A stretch of 63,383 nt of DNA, the filler included, from Neolecta irregularis DAH-3 (taxonomy: Eukaryota), in NCBI GenBank assembly GCA_001929475.1. It is 20 parts of 20 records of this genome, joined end to end, with 100 filler letters (N's around TTAATTAATTAA, not from the genome) between each part and the next. Parts side by side here need not be neighbours in the genome. Positions count along the whole stretch, not along the records: positions 52,535 to 56,610 come from LXFE01002056.1; positions 56,711 to 57,795 come from LXFE01002069.1; positions 57,896 to 59,189 come from LXFE01002070.1; positions 59,290 to 60,919 come from LXFE01002073.1; positions 61,020 to 62,162 come from LXFE01002082.1; positions 62,263 to 63,383 come from LXFE01002097.1; 14 more parts are not named here. One strand, written 5' to 3'. Shown here piece by piece: positions 53,109-63,383 of this stretch. The notes beneath the pieces were generated by a model. It was not told the DNA's origin. It saw only the letters and a program-made list of their open reading frames with translations, and did no database searches. Within the stretch, counting starts at the first letter, position 1; each line of letters opens with the position of its first letter. A program made the position numbers and the translations under genes.

Positions 53109-54007
53109 TAGGGAAATTGAGACCAAGGCTAGAGGTTATTAGAAATATATTTATTCAATCGGACTAGACAATACTCCGAATCCACTCGAGTAGTAGCCTG
53201 ACTTTTAGCCATTACTCAGCCACTGTATTGGAGCGTTGTGTTGCCAAGAATGACTTCAAGTTTTGTGTAGGGTGTTGCATCCGATTTACCTGCGTACTTT
53301 GGATGCGTCGGTAGTCGCAAGCTTTGATACAAGTACAGATAAGACCAGGTTAAGTGTACCAGCCCAAGTGTTGTATCTTGCGCGGGACCTAGCCTAAGAT
53401 ACAATCTAACTACATCATATTAAAATATAATATTAATCCACACCTCTCGTATTAGTCAGGTGTACCCAAAGGTACATCCTTACCTAAGTCAAATCACCCT
53501 CCCTGACCCACTTTTCTATCTTACAGAATTCTGCCCTCCTGTGATCCGGGGAACCTGTTTGCTGCCCTCCTATACCTGTCAGTCACTCTCAGAACATATC
53601 CATGCTTTGAGACGGCCTATCTCAATCCGTAACACGTGGAATTAGGGCTTTGAAAGCTTCATCTGGACCGGGTTTTACAAAAAGCCCACGGCTTCGTCTG
53701 GGTTATTGTTCTGGGCACCAATGTGGGGTTTAAACATCAAACGGCGTCTACGATTCGTGATAATAAAAGGAGAATTACGCTTGCTGATCTTGCTAAACTT
53801 GCGCATAAACTCGCTTCACTAAATGGTAGAAACCTCCGTTTCTTTACCATGGTTTTCTTCATTTCATCATCAATAGTAACTGAATGGCAGTGGACAGAAG
53901 ATTTTGTATAATCATGCTTGAATATCTTCTATATAAAGCTGAGTACTGCAAGTGGTGAAGTGTAAGTTTTGATACTCAGAAGTACAAATAAGACCAGGTT
54001 TATAGTA

Positions 54008-55691
54008 CTAGCCCAAGTGTTGAGTAGTCTTTAATTCCGTTCTGAAGGCCTTACGGGCGGCAGGGGATAATCCAAGAATCGTCCCGACAGTGGTAGTAAA
54101 GGTGGTATTTTCCAACTCTTTAACTAGCTGCGGAATGATATCGATGTTTGCGATCGGGGCCGGCCGAACCGTCCATTTCTTGACCGGGGCTGTGTTAGTT
54201 TTACCGGGGAGGCCATGACGGGGACTTGCCACCCATATTTTTCCTGCGCGGCCGTATTCTAAAACATCCACGAGAGTTTCTTCAACGATTTCTTCTTCGT
54301 CCGCGATGGGGGCGAGCTGGATCATTGGGGATTGGAAAAGGGAGGCGAGAGAGGGGTGGTTTTTCTGTCCGCCACGTCCAAAGTTTAGCGGCACTACTTT
54401 ACCCTCTCGATTCACCAGCTTGCGATCCTCGTTGAGGCTGACCGTACCGTTCTTCATTACTTTCTGGAATTCTGCACATCTTCCGCGCATGTGTTCCTGG
54501 GAATCGCACCAAATGCACCGGAGGGGTCTGTCCATAGCTGATCGAGAACTACCCGTGGCCGCTGGAACCTGAGGGACGACTATCTTGGCTTTCAGAGAAG
54601 CGATTTCTGCGCGGAGAGACATAATAACGTCGCCGTCCGCGTCATACCGGACTGGAACGGGATTACTCGTCTTGTTGAGGATCGGGACTAGCTGGTTCCA
54701 TTCTATTTCCTTCTGTAAGACGATTTTTGCTATTTCAACAACTCTACGAAATTCGATTCGGCCGGCAGAGTCTTTGTGGGGCCGCGTAGCTTGCTGGATA
54801 GCTATTCGTTGGTTGTCCGGGAACGCTTCTAAGAACAGAATGTGCTGTTCATAGTGGGAGAGTGTATGCCTGACAATGAATTCTTCGCTAATGGTTTCGT
54901 AGAACTGTAAAAATTCGACCACGTCCCTGACTTCTTTGATCGAGTAGTTTTTAACTAACTGGATCAATTTCTCTTTAGTATACCCCAATCGTCCCTTTGT
55001 TTCGTATATAGCCACGAGTTCTTTTTCCATTGCGGGCCAAGTAATCTCGGCCGCAAACCCATGGACGTACTCCAATCGGGCCAAGACTTCAGGGGAGCAG
55101 AAGTCCATTAAATTTAAAACTTTGTCCTCGTCGTCCCATCCATTGCGCGCGGCTGCCCTATTCCAACGTTTGACGAAGATGTTGACGTCGTGTCCGCTAA
55201 ATCGGGGGATGAATGTGGAGCCTTTGGGAGCGGGTATGTCATGTTCTTGAGACATATTGATGACCGACGGTTCAAGTGAGACGGGAGATAGGCTTCCTGG
55301 AGGGCTGATGATCTGGAGTGGGTGGGGAAATTTCCCAGGGATAGGCAAGTAGTACTGAACCCGCTTGTCGTTGCCTATCCAAGCTATCTTGTATTCTACT
55401 AATGTCGGCATCATACTCGGCCTGTTTTTCCTCATATTGTTGTCGTTGTTGACTAGCGTTATTCCATTCTTGGTTCCACTGGGCTAGTAGTTCATTTCTT
55501 TCCCTTCTTTCTTGCCCGACATCGTTTCTGATTTGTTCATAACTGGGGGGTGTGCTGGGAATTCGCGTTGAGCCAATAGCTTCTTGTTCGTGTTGTCTGG
55601 CCGTATTATCATATCTTTCTTGAGTGGTCCTTCGATTTAGTTCTTGGGAGACCCTGGGACGTGTAGTGAAGTGTAGTGGCGATAACGCCAT
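54008..55691 (-). mobile_element. LTR-retrotransposon Gag-like ORF (CCHC knuckle, DUF4100-like end) preceded by a coiled-coil ORF; truncated before pol
   Basis: IPRFSGHDVNIFVKRW, CIWCDSQEHMRGRC, TTVGTILGLSPAARK; near-identical second copy fragment at 52535-52734. Confidence 0.8.
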
Positions 55692-55786
55692 TCCCTAATT
55701 CGTTTATCCATTTTACGCTAGAATTATATTCCAAAATCAACAGTCTAGTAGAGAAATACAGAAAGCTGGATCAACAAAAACCTCAT

Positions 55787-56610
55787 CTAATCCTCCAGCA
55801 GGGTACTAGTTGTGGCGATGATGTCAACATCCGCCAAGCTACCGACTCTGAGTGTTCTCAATATGTTGGATCCGAATAACTCCGATTTCTCTTGATTTCG
55901 ATATACGCTAGAGACCACAGTTTTCATGAGATCCTTGATTAAGAACTGGTTATTCATTATTTTGGATTGTTGAATATCAGATAGTACAGAAGGGGATTGC
56001 AAATATATCAGGGAGAGCACTGTTTGGGAGACACCCGATTCTTGGTAAGGAGCATAAAACAAGGGAGTGCTATGAATTGGTGGAACTGAAAACTGGGCTT
56101 TGTGGCCAAAACGTTTCATTGCTTTTTCAAAAATATCCAAGACAAGTGAGAGGCAACCTTCGTCATACGTAGTTGAGTAACTAATGATTATGTCAAGAGG
56201 GATCTTTTTATTTCCGTTATCGATAAGTCAAGGATAAGCCCGGATTGATCAAATCGTGCTACAACAATCGTAGAGTCAAGCGAAACGACGAGNNNNNNNN
56301 NNCCCAGACTGGTCAAGGATAAGCCCGGATTGATCAAATCGTGCTACAACAATCGTAGAGTCAAGCGAAACGACGAGCATGTGGATATTAGCTCCTTCGA
56401 TGAAAAGCGTCCCTTTCACGGGATCGAAAATAGTGGTTCTACCTTCTCCCTGGCTGATTATATCAAGAAAAGTCAACACAAGACTATTAAATGGTTGTGA
56501 AGAAACATTTTCTGTAATTCTCCGCCTCTTAGCTGACGGTTGAACACCCCGAGTAATCTTTTGGTTGGATGAAATCCAATGGTCTGAAGACTTCCTTCGA
56601 GAGGCTGCAA
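55787..56610 (-). CDS. C-terminal part of paralog of the 59290-60631 family (NLS-like PSAKRRRI + conserved domain)
   Basis: LTFLDII/LTFLQIL, IHMLV/LHLLV, IFEKAMKRFGH/IFLELMTHLGH, KDLMKTVV..Y/RDLMAIVV..Y blocks in the same order. Confidence 0.7.
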
Positions 56611-56710
56611 NNNNNNNNNNNNNNNNNNNNNNNNNNNNNNNNNNNNNNNNNNNNTTAATTAATTAANNNNNNNNNNNNNNNNNNNNNNNNNNNNNNNNNN
56701 NNNNNNNNNN

Positions 56711-57795
56711 GTTCACCTAAAGTCTGGTATAGGAGTTCTAGCCCTCAAGGCATACACAAAGAGAGCTCCCACAGGTAACTTCACATAACTCGGTTAGTCA
56801 TTATATCGCATCTGTGTTATCTCTCCTACAGCGTGCTCTGGTGGTTAGTATGAACACCAGATGCAGTCTAGTGGCGAAAGGTCCCAGAAGATACCGGAAC
56901 CTTCCAGTATATTCTGTAGCCACTAATTAGCAGCATTACCATACTATAAGTAGATAGGCTGATGATGGCAGTACTCTTGTCTTCAACCAAGAGTACTGAC
57001 AAGTCAGGTACATAGCAATATAAGGTCTTCAACCAAGAGTACTGACGAGTCAGCCCTAACTGATATACAGTATCTTACAATTGGAGGTCCTACCATTGTA
57101 GGCGAGATAATGTGGATGAGATATAATGACTAACTGAGTTATGTGAAGTTACCAAAACTTACTGAACTTGGTATAACAGGGACGGTCCCAATAAACTTCA
57201 GATAAACTTGATACGAAGGTCGATTCCTGATACCAATGCCACAAGTAAAGTTCTGGTCCTTCTTTNNNNNNNNNNTGTTGTAGGCGAGATAATGTGGATG
57301 AGATATAATGACTAACTGAGTTATGTGAAGTTACCGAAACTTACTGAACTCAGTATAACAGGGACAGTCCCAATAAACTTTAGATAAACTTGATACGAAG
57401 GTCGATTCCTGATACCAATGCCACAAGTAAAGTTCTGGTCCTTCTTTTCTTAACTAGGAAAAACTGATGAAAGTCGAGCAAGAATTCGATTCTGACGGGT
57501 TCAGATTCCACAATAAGCAGGTAGGTCTTCCAATCGAACTATGCAGACTTCGGTGCAATCCAATGGAAAATCCAACTCTGGGAGATCTAATGAAAAATCC
57601 CAACGAAGAGCTGCAATGTGAGAGCCTTTGTCTTGTTGAAGGTAAAAACTCTCTTATGGGACTATAAGTTGACAAGTGGATGGATGATAGTGACTGAGAG
57701 AGTAACTATATCTATTCAGATAGTAGGTATAAAGCCCGCTTCCATATGGGAAGTCAGGCCAGACTTTATAGAATGGGAAATGGCTTTCCCCCCCA
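56711..57795. mobile_element. Nested LTR cluster: LTR end (..TTACA 57079) + tRNA-Gln PBS, inverted pair of a second LTR family, and start of a third LTR at 57617
   Basis: PBS TGGAGGTCCTACC 57082-57094; 56774-56830 inverted to 57097-57153; 57617-57680 matches reverse complement of 62263-62326. Confidence 0.7.
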
Positions 57796-58245
57796 NNNNN
57801 NNNNNNNNNNNNNNNNNNNNNNNNNNNNNNNNNNNNNNNTTAATTAATTAANNNNNNNNNNNNNNNNNNNNNNNNNNNNNNNNNNNNNNNNNNNNTATAT
57901 AATATAGATAGGCGGTTCATACCTAGCCAAGTCGCCAATACTTAGGCTAGGTATGTCCTGCAGCAAGTCGCCAATACTTAGGCTAGAAACAATATAACCT
58001 AGTCTTATTCGTATCTGGGCTTCAATACTTACAAACGCCAATGCAAAATATATAACCATTCCAACATATATATCTATAATCTAAACAGACAGAAATATAA
58101 ACAACCCAATATTTCAATTCATACATTTTTATTATTGTCAAGTGAATTCTTTCGATTAGCCCTTCCATTCCCATTTTCCTTCATGAAGAATAGGCGTGCA
58201 GAGCGCTTTCTTGGTGTCAGCGTATTGCTATTTGATTTTTCGGTG

Positions 58246-58618
58246 TCAGGGGTTGGTTGTTGTAGGATTGTAGAATATAAATCTGTCTACACCATCTTGA
58301 AAGAGTGAATAAATAGTTGGATTTGATTCTGATTCTTTCGTCGTCATAGTTGAATGATGATTTGATTCTTCCATCGCGGTGGACGTCCGTTGTCGATGAT
58401 GTGATTCCTTAGTTATGATGGATATCCGTTGTTGATGATTTGGTTCTTCAGTCGACATGGTCATCGACTGATTTGTAAATTTCTGTTAAATCGTTTTATA
58501 ATGTAATAATTCCTTTTCACTGACACTAGGAACCAACCCCTTCAACATCTCCTCGAAATCCTCTTGTCCAACACAAACATCTTCTTTTGTAGCAACGTTT
58601 TCCAAAAAGAAGGCCGTA
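58246..58618 (-). pseudogene. PEX6-like last-exon fragment with internal stop
   Basis: TAFFLENVATKEDVCVGQEDFEEMLKGLVPSVSEKELLHYKTI*QKF resembles fungal Pex6 C-terminus; preceded by a CAG acceptor. Confidence 0.6.
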
Positions 58619-59289
58619 CTGGGTATGTTATCTTATTTGATTTTTAAATCGACTAAGGAAGCCATTCTTGACATGCTTTAAAATTGGGATTTAAAGAATT
58701 GGAAAAACCGAACGCCCGCTTAAAATTGCAATTTGAAGAATTGGCAAATTTCATGAAATTTGGGGTGCACTGAACGCACCCTAGTTCAATTCGTGTTCTT
58801 CCATTCCACCCGATGTACTTTACCCTACTGCCCGACGCCTTCTCCATCTTCCAGTTTGCCTCTGATCTGCACAAAAACACCCTTTCCACTATCATCCCCA
58901 CAGCGTTGTCCACCACAACCTCCCTTTTGAATTATTGTCTTGAGCCTTTCCGCCAGACTGTTGCTAATGCTCGACATGCATGTAGAACCGCTACCCCGTC
59001 GAGGATCCCGCTCCAGCTCCGCCTCGGCATCCTTTGCCAGCCTCATGAAGGTTGATTTCCTGACTGGCCACTTACCCCAGTTCAGTACTGCTACACCTAC
59101 TATGCGAATATGCTTAGAGATTGTGTCAAACATGGATTGGGAAGTGACAACACTGAGCGCGAAGATGATGATCGAAGACGATGGGAAGANNNNNNNNNNN
59201 NNNNNNNNNNNNNNNNNNNNNNNNNNNNNNNNNTTAATTAATTAANNNNNNNNNNNNNNNNNNNNNNNNNNNNNNNNNNNNNNNNNNNN

Positions 59290-60631
59290 GAACGTTATTT
59301 GCACTGCATCTTTTCTCGACGATCATTTCGAGAAGTCTAATGATGTTTTCGGCAATTGTGCATTTGATGAAGTTCCAGTAGACTCATGGTTGCGGTACGG
59401 CAGCATAAGTCAAGATCATGTAACATACAAATGTGCAAAGGAATGCTACAATAATCGGTATATTTGTAAGTCCTTCCTCATATTGGAGAGAGTGAACCTC
59501 GAACTTCTGACCTCGGGGAGGGGATTCGAATGTCTGAAATTTGGCATCTCTTCATCAGAGATTGTTACGAAACCACACAGTTCATTCCGTACTTGTTGGG
59601 TGCGAGCTGGGTACAAGTAAGCACCTGCGATTGAATGGAAAATCTCATATTCAAGTATTCTTGAACAACAAACATTTTCTCTCAAAGATATTTCTCGCGA
59701 TATGAAAAATAAACCAGGAGAAGAGTGGGCGAAGGATATTTTAAAAAAATATGGGGGATCTATAGTATTCACTCCGGTCGCCACTGAAGCAGTCTACCTG
59801 CCTCTTTTACTCTTGTGCAGGAACATTGCGATGCATGCCACCCAACCAATATCAATAAATTTTGCGAATAATATTCTTTTCAATGGTCAAGAAAAGGGAC
59901 GCAACGAAAGTGGAGAGTCGATGACCAAACGCGCCAAAATAGATCATGAAGCCGGAGAAAAGACGTCTACTCAAATGATTAACACGGACCTAGATTCATG
60001 GACAGTTCCTACGAAAAGGTTCTCATCACCAGAGTGCTTTCAAGCTATGGCGTTGACTTTTCTACAAATACTCAGCGGGAATATTCGTGGAGGAATTCCC
60101 ACTCATTTTAATGAGAAAGATCGGTATTTAATTTTTGAAGAAAAAGATCTGCACCTACTCGTTGGTTTCGCTCGCCTTGGAGAGTATATTATAATATGGG
60201 GCCCTCCAGCTGAAAATAACGCCGATGCAACTGAAGCACACCTATATGAAGCCTTTGAACACGACGGCTTCAACTTACAACAATCTATTGAGAAGTATTC
60301 TATAATCTTTTTAGAATTAATGACTCATCTCGGTCACACATATAATATTGATAGAAATAGCGAGTTTTTCGGAGAGCGTGAAGTGGAAATGTTGATGACA
60401 GAAGTTGTTCTAAAGGTGGCAGACATATTACTTAGCCCTCTTCAAGCTCACGATGCAACATTTGGGGAAACGATAACACCTACACCATTCTTTCGCGATC
60501 TCATGGCAATCGTGGTCATTAACGACTATGGGAAGAACCTGAGATCCAGTTTAGTTCAATCTCTACTAAGCAACAGCCGATCACGACCACATTTCCGTGA
60601 TACAATCATTACAACAAACAATAATACTTGA
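59290..60631 (+). CDS. Uncharacterised modular protein: PAN/apple-like Cys domain + NLS-like motif + family-specific C-terminal domain (5' end at contig edge)
   Basis: Exon 1 KCAKECYNNRYICKSF..FECLKF..TCW; 39-nt intron 59617-59655 (GTAAGC..CTCAT..AAG) splices in frame into the 309-aa ORF; MTKRAKI at 59921-59941. Confidence 0.75.
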
Positions 60632-61019
60632 GAATATATTACAGGAGCCTTGCCGACAAGGATTGCAGGCATCTGTTCTCTGTCTTGTTAGATAGCCAAT
60701 TGTTTAGCAGTTTGTGTACTTGATCTAATCCGTGTTAACGGTATCTTTTGTATATTACTATTGATTAGCTTTGGAATTCAAGGCTACTTGCATTGTGTAG
60801 ATGGCTCAGCTGGTGGTAGTGAGGTAGTGGTGAGTTGCATAGGTGGTCGCGGTCACAGATTTGGTGGTGAAGTTGGGCGATTCCACAGGTGGGACGATTC
60901 CACAGATGGGACAGAATACNNNNNNNNNNNNNNNNNNNNNNNNNNNNNNNNNNNNNNNNNNNNTTAATTAATTAANNNNNNNNNNNNNNNNNNNNNNNNN
61001 NNNNNNNNNNNNNNNNNNN

Positions 61020-61168
61020 GCTGCTCTACATCCTCGTCCTGCTGCTCTACATCCTCGTCCTGCTACTCTACATCCTCGTCCTGCTACTCTACATCCTCGT
61101 CCTGATACTCTACATCCTCGTCCTGCTACTCTACATCCTCGTCCTGCTGCTCTACATCCTCGTCCTGC
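61020..61168. repeat. 21-bp minisatellite CTGCTACTCTACATCCTCGTC, 7 copies
   Basis: Direct inspection. Confidence 0.92.
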
Positions 61169-61649
61169 TTGCCCTGGCCGTCTCCAGTCCATCTCAGTCC
61201 GTCTCAGTGTCCCCGCCATGGCTGTCCTGCATGTCTCCTGCTCCCGCCCGCTGCTGCCGGCCCTGTCCCATGACTCGGGCGTCTCTGTTGGCCCCTGCTG
61301 ACTCCCGACGCCTCTCCTGCGTCGCTGTACTCTGCCTCGCTACCCTCACTACTGTCACTGCCCTCACACCCTCACTACTGTCACTGCCCTCACACTCTGT
61401 CGCACTCCCCTCCCCCTCTCTCACAGTGCCTGCCTTCCTCCCTCCACATCCTCCTGCCTGGCTTGCCTCCGGTCCTGCCGCCTTTCTCGGTCAACCCACA
61501 GGCCATCGCAACAAATGCGCCCACATCCGGGATAATCTGTGCCTGGCCTATAGCTAGTCCACAACACTATTAATATAACATATAAACAACATTAATATAG
61601 AATAAGATGGGCTTTTTTTTGGACCCGCCATGGCCCATCCCCAACACTG

Positions 61650-62162
61650 GTGCTCTCTTCTCGAGGAACAGATCGATATTATTGACCATATTCGATTCCT
61701 CCCAATTGTCAGCTCTCGCAGCCTTCTGGAACATCTGAAGCCATCGTGTAGGATCTGTTTTTCCCGAATATTTTGGGACTTGTCTAGTTAATTGACTTGT
61801 TATAGGTTCAACATGGCATCAGTTGTTGACATCGGGTCAGCAATGGTAATTGGGAATGATTGATTTGCTGAAAGATATAGGTCCAAACAAGTACTGAGTA
61901 CCTCGAAAACGTGTGGTAATTTGGCGGGCTACCGATCCTGCTGTTGTCGCCAATGAAACACACAGGGTGTAGCTAGATGTTGCAAGCATTTATAGGATTA
62001 TAGGTTGTTGATTGGTGAGCGCGGTCGTATTGGATTTCAATCTCTTGGGCTGTCAAGACTTAGAAACGGAAATAACGTAATACAATTGGCTAAACTATAG
62101 AGAAGAAAGACAGCCCATATTTATAGCTTCCAGCAGCAGTCTGGCAACAAACAGAAAGAGCA
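61650..62162 (-). mobile_element. Gypsy 5' end: partial LTR (..TTTCA), tRNA-Ser PBS and degenerate gag start, cut by a hAT-like end at 61649
   Basis: PBS TGGCGACAACAGCAGGA (61952-61936); VPKYSGKTDPTRWLQMFQKAARADNW. Confidence 0.8.
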
Positions 62163-62326
62163 NNNNNNNNNNNNNNNNNNNNNNNNNNNNNNNNNNNNNN
62201 NNNNNNTTAATTAATTAANNNNNNNNNNNNNNNNNNNNNNNNNNNNNNNNNNNNNNNNNNNNTCCACTTGTCAACTTAAAGTCCCATAAGAGAGTTTTTA
62301 CCTTCAACAAGACAAAGGCTCTCACA

Positions 62327-63318
62327 GTTTGGTGTGTTTTTGCTGTAAGCAAATTATCTCTTGCCATTTCCATTATTGTTTGCATATGTTTGATCAGCTC
62401 TTGAGCTCTTGGTGTGTCTGAGCTGATTTCCTCATTTGTGAGTTCTGGGAGTGTTCGGAGTCAACAGCCATAAACTAACTCAAAAGGTATGAATCCTGTG
62501 GAGTTGTTATATGCATTATTGATCAAGAACTCTGTCATCCTGATATGATCTGCCCAGTTTCCCTGCCCTTCTTCTACACAAGTCCGCAAGACTTGTATAA
62601 TTGTTTTATTAGATCGTTCTGAGGATCCATCCATTTCAGGGTGAAACACTGTACTCATATATATCTTAATCTTTAAGATTCGATGCAATTCCTGCCAAAG
62701 TACCCCTGTAAATCTTGGGTCTCGATCTGATATGATTGACTTGGGTAGTCCATAACGACAGTACCAACCTTTCCATAATATTGCAGCAACTTCTGTAGCT
62801 GAAATGCTCATTTTTATTGGTTCTATTATTACCAATCCTGATAACCAATCTGTTACCACAAATAACCCATTGAATCCTTTTGATTCTCACATTGGTCCTA
62901 CAAAATCCATTGCGATATCGTCAAATTTTGATGCTGGAACTGGTAAGGATGAAAGGAAACCCGATGGTGCTTGGGTGGTTGACTTTACTCGTTGACACTT
63001 ATCACAGCTTTCCATGTATTTCTTGATTTCCTATGCCATGCTAGGCCAGAAGTAATTCTCGTATATATGTCGGTAGGTCTTATTAAAGCCAAAATGGCCT
63101 TGTTGGTCATGGCATTCTCTCAGTAACTTCTTACGGAAATTACCTTTGGGAACCAGGATACGATTACCTTGAAAAATATATTGATCCTTTTTCTCATATG
63201 CTTTGAATTGTTCCGGGTTCTTCATTATTCTCTGCACAAAGACATCTTGACTATATTCATGAAGGAATAGTTCTACCTCCTCATCTGCTATAAAGTTTTG
63301 CACTACTGTTGTTGTGGC
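62327..63318 (-). mobile_element. Degenerate Ty3/Gypsy integrase (H2C2 + rve core)
   Basis: ECHDQQGHFGFNKTY..YFWP..CDKCQ, IAMDFVGP, YGLPKSIISDRDPRFT, HPEMDGSSERSNK; in-frame stops; interrupted by LTR at 62326 and hAT-like end at 63319. Confidence 0.92.
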
Positions 63319-63383
63319 CAGTGTTCCTAACAAATCAAATGACAATAAACCAAATTCAAATATTTGCCAAATAGCCAAATCAA

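Noticed and set aside
56959..57070. Possible hammerhead ribozyme (CTGATGA + 11-bp hairpin; CTGACGA + short stem)
   Set aside because: No GAAA after stem II in either case and no stems I/III; better explained as LTR internal repeats
60968..61219. GRGCRVA repeat protein ORF
   Set aside because: Translation of a 21-bp minisatellite; no coding evidence

Overview
Eukaryotic (fungal) draft-genome window made of 20 contigs joined by 19 artificial 100-bp linkers (N44-TTAATTAATTAA-N44), so adjacency across linkers has no biological meaning. Gene content (S. pombe-like Mei2 C-terminus, very short 32-45 nt GT-AG introns, compact gene spacing) suggests an early-diverging ascomycete (Taphrinomycotina, Neolecta-like; inference only). 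Gene-dense contigs carry conserved housekeeping genes (DUF4210/ATOS-like, CBF5, SEC15, SLC41/MgtE, mei2, CDC123, RPB5, COA3, NAR1, HEM12, CSN7, TMA23, a She3-like coiled coil). Repeat-rich contigs carry Ty3/Gypsy fragments (some with recognisable tRNA-Gln and tRNA-Ser primer-binding sites and CpG-type decay), hAT-, Harbinger- and Fot1-like remnants, several glycosyltransferases and gene fragments (RPS28, PEX6). Most notable: (1) an unrecognised multigene family with architecture signal peptide + PAN/apple-like Cys domain + NLS-like motif + conserved ~200-aa C-terminal domain, with pieces on three different contigs (candidate nuclear-targeted effector family); (2) a dispersed hairpin/TATA element present four times, one copy forming the promoter of a KTR mannosyltransferase; (3) double-length introns with internal splice sites in HEM12 and CBF5 that predict unproductive (poison) splicing. 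All gene calls come from manual translation and motif recognition; no database searches were run.
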